Shown here: one piece after another, positions 1 through 9,724 of the stretch | Numbering within the stretch: the stretch's first letter is position 1 | Layout of the letters: each line of letters begins with the position of its first letter | NCBI GenBank assembly: GCA_002245135.1 | Contig: NGBS01000583.1 | Location: 551,228 to 571,227, forward strand | DNA: 20,000 nucleotides | Direction of reading: 5' to 3' | From: Proteromonas lacertae | Taxonomy: Eukaryota | The notes under the pieces: model-generated | Told to the model about the DNA's origin: nothing | Databases searched by the model: none | Seen by the model: only the letters and a program-made list of their open reading frames with translations | Program-made: the position numbers and the translations under genes

Positions 1-147
1 TAATATATAGTAATTACAATAAAATTAATGAAAATATATATTTAAAGCAAAAAAAGTGTTATACACCTTCAAAAAATTGAAAAAATGAAATACACTTGGT
101 TTTTCAGAACAATTTTTTGGTAGACCATAGTTTTTTAAAATCATTCT

Positions 148-445
148 ATGTCGAAAGAGACAAAGGAAGAGGAGAAAGAGCCAATATATCCAGTATTATT
201 ACATTATATATTATAGTTACCATCATACAAATTTACAATAACAGCAATAGTTTTGATTATAATGGGTTGTGTTCTTGATTACAATGGTAAATGGTTTTGT
301 TTTTCTTGTGCTATGTCATATCATTTTGATTAGAATATATTTTACTTTTCTTTAACAAATCACTTTATTTATTATCAATTATCTTAGAGCCAGAAACATA
401 ACTAAAGTCTATAATGAAAGTTTAGCAAAAAGTAAAAAGGAATAG
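148..445 (+). CDS. Small two-transmembrane protein, 75 aa, 3 exons (148-192, 217-317, 364-445); not in the ORF track
   Basis: Removing a GTAT..TAG intron (193-216) and an AT..AC intron (318-363) gives an intact frame: MSKETKEEEKEPIYPLPSYKFTITAIVLIIMGCVLDYNGKWFCFSCAMSLFIINYLRARNITKVYNESLAKSKKE*. It has two hydrophobic segments and a C-terminal KxKxx. No homolog recognised. Confidence 0.65.
318..363 (+). other. Putative U12-type (minor spliceosomal) AT-AC intron, 46 nt
   Basis: Donor ATATCATTTT, branch-like TTTTCTTTAAC (346-356) and terminal AC. Removing it joins two exon frames, and the donor is identical to that of the intron at 8935-8887. Confidence 0.7.
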
Positions 446-625
446 TTTATTTTATATATAATATTTTTTGTTTAATAAACACAACAAAACATAATTAGAA
501 CAAAAATATATGTCATTAAAAAGTATTTATATAAATTTAATTAAAATTAACTAAAATGTTTTGTTATTAATTTTTTTTTAGGACTAATAAAATAACACAA
601 TACATATTCTTAATTTGATGAGCTG

Positions 626-1380
626 CTATTGATTAAAGCAGGATGGACAGCAAATATCAAATACATATTGCCTTTTGATTTTATTAAATTTGACAAAACG
701 ATACAATGGGACAATATGACCATTTGCACATGTTAAACAAGGTATATTATAATATCCTGTCACATCTGATTCACGCAATTGCTCATTCTGAGAGCAAGCT
801 GTCACAAATAAACCAGGATTGGTTATACCTGTCACAAAATGAATGATTAAACACGTTAATCTCTTCATGACAATAATGACAGTTAGCAGTTACATTCTGA
901 AAATTGATATATACAGTAATTGCATCTCTTAAGATGTTTAAAGGGTAAATTGGATGGTGAATTTAACACCTGATATATAATGGAGCAATAATTATCACCA
1001 CACAACACACTTATATACTCTTTTACAAGGCATATAGGTGTACCAAGGTGTGATTTTATGTGATATATGTAAGGCCTCATTATCAACTCGCCATCTTCAT
1101 CAGCATTGACATCTATAAGCATCATAATTCTTAATTATACGTTTGGATTCAAACAAAATGCATTCGAGGGCTGTGCGAGGAGACTGTACTAAAAACTCAC
1201 CATTGAGTGTATTTTGACTTTGATTAAAGGGATTGGTGGTAGTACTATAAAATATATTTTATGATGGAGCATTATATACTATAAAATGGTAGGGTCCATT
1301 AGAATTGTTTCAATGTTGCTCATTGTATCTGTATCGTAAATGTTTTCTGGTGAAAACGTTATATTAGTATCTTCATCCAT
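626..1380 (-). pseudogene. Cys-rich, putative Zn-binding protein (about 229 aa if corrected) with 2 introns and two +1 frameshifts; pseudogene or assembly error
   Basis: ATG at 1380 (MDEDTNITF). Introns 1279-1245 (35 nt) and 1140-1113 (28 nt) restore the frame. Removing one base from each homopolymer at 900-903 and 796-797 gives a continuous frame with CNYC, CHYC, CDSC, CLTC and CPSC up to TAG at 628-626. Confidence 0.6.
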
Positions 1381-3000
1381 AGCTGTGGAAATTCTGTGAA
1401 TAAACTAGAGCTATTAAATAAAAGAAAGCAAAAAATAAAGAATTTTGGTTTTAATAACTTCAATTGTTGTTTTTATTAATTACTTACAGAAATTACATAT
1501 ATAATCACTCTGTTTCAGCATTAGGTAATGATTTGATATACTATAACAGTACTGTGCTGTTTAAACGAAAAGAAACGTGAGTGTAAGACTGTTAATTTGA
1601 TGTTTTTTTATGTTTTTGAATAAATTGCTGTATAACTACTTATAAAATTTAAATTTGTGTCTGAATATATTTTTAATGCTCAATTTAGAACATATTTAAA
1701 TAAATGTAATGTTAGATAAAAATCTATTTAAATCAGCCATATTCAATGTCGTCTATTTTTTACTCTTCAAAATATCATATTTATTTGATTATGAGTATAG
1801 CAACAGTGAGTTTTGAATAATATAGTCTGAAAATAGTGTTTGACAGCCAATCAAATTCAATTTCGTAAATTTCTAACAAACAACTGAAACACATGCAAAT
1901 GTTTAATTGCTTTGAATATAAATATACAATAGAAAAATATAGCGTTGTTCAAAGTGGATCTTGCAGTTTTATGACAGATAGAGTATAGGTGGTAGTTACA
2001 CCCACAATGATTAAGTGTTTAGTTATAACGATACTTGTTTCCACGATGTGTAAAAAATATAAACTTTTTTTATACGGTAAAGAATGATTATTTTCTGTAG
2101 ATTAAAGTGATATTATTTTAGAAGTTAAAAAGGATATATAAGCTATTCTTATTTCTGTATATTCGCTGTAGCATTTTTTGAACTTATCAGGAATGCATGG
2201 TTCTTCAGCCATTACGTCAATTTCAACTATTCACATGAAATAAACTATAATAAAGAGATACTTCTTACATTCAGCATTAGCACATAGTGATGCATAAAAT
2301 AAATGGCTAACCTTGAGAAGGCTGAAGTATTGTACTATTCATAGCCTTCACTCACAATTAACAGCGATTCTATTAACATATATACTTAGAAATCATCAAA
2401 AGTAACAGTTTAATGATAATAATACTGACTGATAATCTAAAATCTACAGGATATAAAGCATTTTATATAATTAGTATGTATATTATTATAAAATATATAC
2501 ATACACAGTTCTACGACGTTTTTTATACTATGTTTCTTCTCTTTAATACACAATCTAAGCAAATGTACTACAGATTCTGTAAAATTGCTAAAGTCTAAAA
2601 ATAATACAAATATATACTGTAATATTAAGCAGTATTCCTTTTAAGAAGGTTAATATTCTATAAATTACCTTAAAAATGCAGTTTTGAAAAAAGTCACTAA
2701 CTGAAGATATATTTGAGCTGCATTCATCCAGTAAAATGCTATTTGTAATATATAAATTCTACTTATACGTATAATCCGATTTGTGAAATAGTTGCAAATC
2801 ATTCTGTGTTTATGTTTGCAGATAGTATTTTTAAGGTATACATCCTAATTTTGGTTAAATATTTTCTCCTTATTCACGATACTGAGGGCAATGCAAGTAA
2901 TTCTTAAGATAAAAAAAGAAAGAGTAAAAAATAAAAAAATAAAATTATGACATTTATGACATTTGTCAGGTAATTATTTATTTTCTTCTCAAATTCTTCA

Positions 3001-5098
3001 ATGAGTATTTCATTATGCTGTGAAATACCACTTTTACTATACACTGTCTATCTCCTTTTTAGTGTTGGTTATTGTATCTATGAATGCAACCCTGAATCGA
3101 GATTAGTTATATTTCCTTCAATAGAATCTAGTGAAATACAGCATTTCAGAAAGATCATCGATGAAGGTATTATATTCTTAGATAATATTATATAGATATA
3201 AAACCAAATCAAAATCTATTCAAATTTGTTCATATATCTGATTTACATTTGCAAGAACCTAAGAAATCATCAAATAGTAAAACATTTGAAAAATTTGTAA
3301 AGCAATACTTACCTTTATTAGATCCACAATTAATTCTAATCACAGGTGATATGGTTCATGGAGATTCTACAGGAATGGTTGCATTCAATGAAGATGAGTG
3401 GATGTTATATACAAATCCATTTAAAAATTCCAAATATAAAGATAGAATATTAGATATAAGAGGCAATCATGAATCACGAGGAATATCTGAATATAATGAT
3501 TTATACTTGAATTATTCATTTGCACATAATACTGAGCCAGTTTATAATTATGTTTATAATTTAAATAATAATACAAAATATAATTTTATTGGTTTAGATA
3601 TGAATATTTTACCTGGTACAAGATCTGTAACAAACACATTCAATTTCTTTGGAAGTATGATTAAAAGTAACTTAGATAAATTAACAACGATATTAAATGG
3701 AAATAAAGCAAATCATACTGTTTTATTTACTCATTTTCCATTAAATACAGTTTACTCATCATTATCATCAGATGGTTTAACGTTTAGAGAGATTGTTAGT
3801 AAGTATAATGTATCTTTATATTTATGTGGTCATTTACATGGTGTTTTACCATATTTACAAACTCCACATTTAACAGGTCCATATTTAGAAATGGAAGTTT
3901 CTAATTTTATGAATTCGTATAAATTGTTATTGTTATATTTCACAATAGAATTCGTTTTTATACAATGTATAATGATATAATCAGTCTTACAGATATATCA
4001 ACATTAGAATATATTCATAATCCTGTGATTGTTCATTTTATATATCCAAAAGATAGTCATTATATCATACCATCAGAACCATCATCTAATTATTCATATA
4101 TTTATTGTATGATACTTACAAATGACAAAATTAAGAATGTTTCATTATTTATTAATAATGAATATATTGGAGAATTAATTGAATTGAAAAAATCACGTTA
4201 TTATTACATTTACGATTTGAATCAATTGTCTACTAATCAAAGTCATTCAATTAAAGTTGAAGTTAAAACAAATCAATATAAAACATCATCTACAATCACG
4301 TACTATAGTAATTCATTTCGTCCTGCCTTATACAACTATATCCACCAATTATTCATGTCAATTAACTTTCCATTAGTATTGAGTCTTTACTTTTGGTTTG
4401 TATATCTTTGTTTCATTCTCGTTTTGATTATACCAAAGATGATATTGTTATATTTTACAAATACAATTAAAGATTGGTCTTTTACTACTATTATTGTATA
4501 TATATATATATATTCTATTATTATTATTATATATAAATAGTCATTAGAGAAGCAGTTATATGTAATATTTCCACCACCAGTCCAGCCAATTCAGTCATTA
4601 TTACATACAATTTTCATTAGATTAATGTTATATTGCTCTACACCATTATTCTGGATAAATATATTTGTTTGCATTTATCTAGTTAATTTTCCTATTATAT
4701 ATGGTCCAATATCCTATAAAAAGATTGGTTCTATATATTTATCAACAGTGTTTTATAATACTGATAATACTTCATTCACTATTCCAGATACTTATTTCTT
4801 AGGTGGAAATATTATTTTGTTTGTATTTGTTCCATTTTTAATACATCATTTAATATGGATTATTCCACCGTGTACCTGTATTTGCTCAATCTTATCGTTG
4901 TGGTTTTCTTACTTGTTTTTCTCGTGTTATCCATTATCAGTGATGAAGTATGTTTATCAACACAATTCTTTCTTTTTATTTCTAATGTCACCACTTACAT
5001 GGATTATTGTGTTATATCTTGCATTGACATTGGGATATTCATTGTATTATCACATGATATTATCAACTTATAATCAATACAAGTATCATAGGTGTTAA
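3001..5098 (+). CDS. TMEM62: TMEM62-like calcineurin-like metallophosphoesterase with C-terminal TM helices, 663 aa; exons 3001-3166, 3196-3916, 3949-4495, 4541-5098
   Basis: Metallophosphoesterase motifs ISDLH, ITGDMVH, DIRGNHE, FTHFP and YLCGHLH, then an LEMEV..IRFYTMYNDIISLTD segment typical of TMEM62. It has an N-terminal TM and a multi-TM C-terminus. Three GT-AG introns (29, 32, 45 nt) join the frames exactly. Confidence 0.85.
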
Positions 5099-5207
5099 TT
5101 TAAGCATTCTTTTATTTTATTCTCTTATTTTTGTTTTATAATATATAACGAACATATAAAGAACATAAATTTTAATTATATATTATTATTATGTGTTAAA
5201 CATTGAA

Positions 5208-7002
5208 TTAATCAGAATCAGATTCAAGTTCTGCCCATTTTTCACTTTTCCTAACTTCAATAGCTTCAAAGCAATTACTTTGATTTGCCTGTAACATAAT
5301 CACCAGCAGCCAGAGTTAATAAACCAAGGAAATCACTAGCAATATTTCTCTTACTTTTACCATTAACCATACGTTGAAATTCTACAATAGGATTCTGTTC
5401 AAACTCATTTTTTAAATCATTTACAATTTCAATCGATCTATTCACTTGATTAATAATCACAGTTTCTTCTTCACGAATGGGATAATCTTGATTAAAATCT
5501 TCATTAATTTCTATCATAGGATCATCCATAGTTTCATTAAATGTTGGTCCTTCTAGAAAAGATACTGTTCCATCAATTCTACTATTCATTTGTATAGTAT
5601 CATTCACTGGTGATGATGGCGACATTTGCTGCTGTTGTTGTTGTTGTTGTTGTTGTTGTTCATTATGGTCATTAATATTCATTGTTGTAAATTCAAAATC
5701 ATCATTTATTCTTTCTTCTTCATCATCTAATCCCAACTGCATTAAATCAATTTCATCTACATCATCTCTATCATCATCTCTTGGAAGTTTCTTCATTTCT
5801 GGTAATTGTCTAATGAAGTGTGTAATTGGGTTTATAAATTTGGAATATTCTGGTTTTTTATATTTTCTTTTTTTAACTATTTTATTAATATTATTGTTAT
5901 TGTTATTATTATTATTATTGTTATTGTTATTTCTTCTTCTGTTCCTTCTTGGTGTATTACCATCATCGTCATCATCATCTCCGTCATCATCATCATCACT
6001 GCCATTTTCTTCATCACTATCACTGTATATATCATCATTTTTCATTTTTCTTACAATTTCTTCAGATAATTCAGTTTCTTCATCAAATAAAGTCTTTCTT
6101 CTCTTCCTTTTATTTACTAAAGATTGTGATCTTTTATGTTTGCCAGATCCTGTTACTCTATCATCATAATCTTCATCTCCATTTAATGGACTATCATCTA
6201 ATTCTATATTATTATTCTCTAATACTGAACCTTTTAGACTCTCTACAACATCAACATACCTATTTCTTCTATTCTCACTTTCTCTTCCTTCTACTTCTTC
6301 CATATCACCTCCTTGCTCAGGTTGCATGTCTTGATATATTTCGTCTTGATCCATCATTGGCTCTGTATAATCATATTGTTCAGCTGCAGCTTGATTATCA
6401 TCAATTACTTCACCCATAGACTGAAATGTTCTTCGAGTTTCTATACTACTGGCTCTACCGCTTCTAAGACCAGTTTCTGGTGTTCTGAATCTATCAGATG
6501 GAGAGTATAATATACGACTCTCACTTGCTCCATCAATCTAGGTATTATCATAAATCAAGAAATTATACTGTAGTCATATCTAACCAATTCTGAGCAGTAG
6601 AAAAATGTTCAAATTGACTCACACTAAAATCGTCTGAAAATGACAGATCATTAGTATCTTGTATTCTAACTAGATTATCTACTGTATTGCTAGTATCAAC
6701 TGTATCATTTAGATTATTAACTGACATTCGTCTCTGGAATGTTCTCATATCATTTTCTGTATATATAACCTTTTTTGAATAAATGTAAGCCACAGCATAA
6801 ATAAATGAACTGATTGTATCAATAGATTCGTTATTATCAGGAATAACAGCGATTGCATCCTATGGCGGTTTAATATATATTTTAATACCCTAATATTGGT
6901 AGTAATAATCTGTTCTTTTGATAACCTCCTAGGATTGTTTATGGCGGTGATCATTTTTGTTAATGGCCCGTTCTGGGTGATTACAGTGCTGGCATTAAAC
7001 AT
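5208..7002 (-). CDS. RAD21: Rad21/Rec8-family cohesin kleisin; exons 7002-6889, 6859-6569, 6537-5208 with an apparent +1 frameshift near 5285 (as written it stops at 5275)
   Basis: N-terminal kleisin domain (MFNASTVITQNGPLTKM..LSKEQIITTNI..AVAYIYSKKVIY), acidic low-complexity linker, separase-type SIETRR site and C-terminal winged helix (KSKRNIASDFLGLLTL). Introns are 29 and 31 nt. RAD21 versus REC8 cannot be resolved without phylogeny. Confidence 0.8.
5626..5660. repeat. (CAA/CAG)n trinucleotide repeat encoding poly-Gln in the kleisin linker
   Basis: TTG/CTG run on the + strand, which reads as a poly-Q tract on the - strand. A second AAT/AAC run encoding poly-Asn lies at about 5886-5930. 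Confidence 0.85.
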
Positions 7003-7021
7003 TACAATAAAAAATCAAAAA

Positions 7022-7030
7022 CGCGCCAAA
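7022..7030 (-). promoter_or_regulatory. E2F-type site TTTGGCGCG about 20 bp upstream of the kleisin start codon
   Basis: Exact match to the E2F consensus TTTSSCGC in very CG-poor DNA, directly upstream of a cell-cycle gene. It is followed by the CHR-like TTTGAT. Confidence 0.5.
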
Positions 7031-7336
7031 TTTTAAGAGATTTATTCTTGATTAGAAAAACTGGTAATAACAGATGAAATTAAGGCAATTGATGCTATTT
7101 TATAAAATTATGTATTTTAATCATGAATATAGAGTATTATTTCGATTTGTATTAATTCTACATCTTCCGCTATTTCTCCATTTATGATATATAGAAATGT
7201 GAAAAGTTAATGAAAAATGCATTTATGAAATATGTCTCATTTAAGATTATCATTTTTATTTCACTATTATACCACACTTTTTATCAAATCAAGCAAATCA
7301 GTTTTTGAATTTTTGTAATTAATTCTCATTAACAAG

Positions 7337-7938
7337 ATGCCATATGATGAAAAAGATGATGATGCACCACCAAGAGGAGCTCCGGCTAGTGGATGGGGAG
7401 AGGACACCACAGGACAAGTAGTAATTCCAACTTTGGAGAAGTATTGTTATTTTTGATATATAATGATAGAAATAAACCTAAACCACAAGAAGATAATGAA
7501 ACAGGTATTTTTTATTGAAAGTTATTTATTGTAGAAGAAATAATGATTATTCCAGATATTGAAGATATACAAGAAGAAGAGAAGATGGTTGATGTTGCTG
7601 AAGCACCACAAGTAAAGACTTTCAGAGTTCAAGGATTAGAAGAATTGAAAAGAACTGGTCAATCGAGTCTTCCATTAGCTTACGATCCAGGTGTTGATCT
7701 TACAATATTAGTCACTCATTTTTTACAAGAGAACTTAGTATTATTACATATTTTCATTATTGGTTAGATTGAAGAGCCAAAAAATCCCTGGGATTTTGAA
7801 CAATTGTTACAAGATGTAAAACAAGGTATTAGAACTGATGAAGAGAAAAACGGTATTGATGAAAATAATGATGCAATGAATACTACTCAGACTGCACCAT
7901 CTTCAGTACCTGTAGCAAAACAACCACCTGGAAAGTAA
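7337..7938 (+). CDS. IFT43: Intraflagellar transport protein 43 (IFT-A subunit), 170 aa; exons 7337-7440, 7470-7504, 7535-7737, 7768-7938
   Basis: The spliced product has an N-terminal SGWG and the IFT43 core IIPDIEDIQEEE..VAEAP..RVQGLEEL..GVDLTIL..EEPKNPWDFEQLLQDV. Three GT-AG introns (29, 30, 30 nt) restore the frame. Confidence 0.85.
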
Positions 7939-8014
7939 AATTAATTATTTAATTTATTATTCTATTGTATTGTTATGAAATAAAAAAAAATCAATTAATA
8001 TAAAATATATAAAT

Positions 8015-9724
8015 CTACTTTTTCTTAAACATTCCACTAATTTTCTTCAAATTAATATCAAATGACATTTTTCTATCTCTAGGAGTGTTATTGTTATCAG
8101 AATCATTGGTAAAAGAAGTAGAACATATTTCATTCTCTTTTTTATACTGTTCTTCTAATGTATCTAAATACTGTTGATTGAATTTAAATGATAATGAATG
8201 TTGAATAATCTTACTACCATCTTCCTCAGTTAAATCTTTAACATTTGATTTTTGTAATCTTTGTAAATAAATTAGAATTTGTTCCATATCAAATCCTTTC
8301 AATTTCTCTTCAAAAAATGCTAATACAGATAAACCAACTCTATATATAACTTTCCAACCTTCAATTAAGAAGGAATCTAATACTTTAGACACTGTAATTG
8401 GTGGTAATAAACAATGACTAGTGTATAATGTCATTAACCATTCAGTGGAAAACATATCAATTATAACACCAACACAGTCAAAATGAAATGCTAATTTAGG
8501 TAAGAATTGATCTATTAAATGTTTAAATACATATTGACAAAGATGTAAACGAGGTAATCCAGACATATATAATTCATATAACTTCATTCTTTCACACAAT
8601 GTAAAGCTGTTCATTAACCAAAAGGCATTGACTTTATTCCAATTGGATATACGTAATAACTCAACAGCTACATGATTCATACCTTGACAATATTCAACCG
8701 AATCTCTTAAGAAGGAGGAAGCATGTAATAATTCTGATAATATTGATTGTTTTTGTGCTTCTGTTAGTTTATCACCAGATTCATCAATATCCACTATTTT
8801 AATATAAAAACGATAATAATATTTAGATTTATACTAGCTTCACAAGCACCATCATATCTATTATCATTAACAAATGTTCTATCTACTTAAAAAAATAGGA
8901 ATTAAAGAAAAAAATATGTAAATATAAAATGATATATCATCCATAATAACCTTTTGTATAGTTGGAGATGGTGGTTGATCAACAAATAATTCAAATACAC
9001 CTGGTTGACGATGCATTATATTATGACACTCTCTTTTCATATCCAACTCAGTTTGATATCTCCAGAAATTATATCTGTATTTTGGTGGTATTCCTGATAA
9101 TCTAATTCTCCATTTTAATAATGATTTATGAGGTTTTAATAAGACTGATTTGTAAGGATCTTCATCTATTCCTATACTATTATCATCAAAATCATAATTA
9201 GATAGTTGTCTTGTATATGTATGCTCTTTTTTGAAGAAAAATTGATTATTTGGTAAATTAATTGTTTGTTGATTTTTGTTCTTCTTTGAACCATATATCC
9301 ATGAATGCCATTTTTTACAAACACGACTACATTGACCAAGGTTTGGAGCATCTAAAAATGTGAGTATTCTTCTTCCTATATAAGTTGATTGTAAAGGTTC
9401 AGAATATGTCATTACAGAATCTGATATGTCATATCCCAATGAATCAGTTAGTAAATCTAAAACAGTATTACTTACTAATGCATTCTCAAGTTCAGCCATT
9501 GGATAGTTTAACAAAAGGTAATATGTTATTTTATCAGCATCTCTTGGAAACTATAACTATATTACTAAAATTCAAATACATATCTTTCCACAAAGGACAG
9601 TAACTCAGAACCCATATTCAGTATTGCTCTATTTAATCCAAATACTCTTCTTTCAAAATATTCATCCTTCCTAAAATCAATTTATTATTTTGAACTAATA
9701 CAAATTAGCTGCTATTCTACTCAT
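8015..9724 (-). CDS. TBC-domain Rab GTPase-activating protein with an N-terminal F-box-like motif, 519 aa; exons 9724-9702, 9670-9580, 9550-8936, 8886-8835, 8793-8015
   Basis: TBC motifs GIPPKYRYNFW, IMDDVDRTF (R finger, formed after splicing), YCQGMN (Q finger), AFWL, WLMTLY and DSFLIEGWKVIYRVGL. F-box-like ILTFLDAPNLGQCSRVCKKWHS. Three GT-AG introns (31, 29, 41 nt) plus one AT-started intron. Confidence 0.85.
8887..8935 (-). other. Putative U12-type AT-AA intron, 49 nt, inside the TBC arginine-finger motif
   Basis: On the - strand: ATG GAT GAT | ATATCATTTT..TTTTCTTTAAT TCCTATTTTTTTAA | GTA GAT AGA ACA TTT. The insert contains no GT donor, and removing it restores IxxDxxRTF and the reading frame. 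Confidence 0.8.

Noticed and set aside
96..278. ORF-track 60-aa ORF starting at TTG
   Set aside because: It is in a different frame from the better-supported spliced gene at 148-445 and has a non-ATG start.
800..839. 10-nt direct repeat (TTTGTGACAG on -) bracketing a 30-nt GTAT..CAG pseudo-intron (829-800)
   Set aside because: Removal is in frame and does not fix the frameshift. It ends CAG, unlike all other introns here, and it would delete the plausible WFIC segment.
2413..2598. 61-aa ORF in the long intergenic gap
   Set aside because: Its I/Y/F/K composition is what random AT-rich DNA gives, with no motif or splice support.
5278..5303. 26-nt GT..AG intron as an explanation for the kleisin frameshift
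   Set aside because: GTGA..AAG does not fit the GTAT..TAG pattern and leads into a frame lacking the conserved wing motif.
5806..6510. Four + strand ORFs (5806-6069, 5813-6169, 5949-6419, 6313-6510) rich in His/Ser/Leu/Ile
   Set aside because: They are antisense shadows of the low-complexity acidic and poly-N linker of the kleisin.
6747..6756. Third ATATCATTTT match on the + strand
   Set aside because: It is antisense to kleisin coding sequence (ENDM) and has no matching branch motif and acceptor, so it is a chance match.
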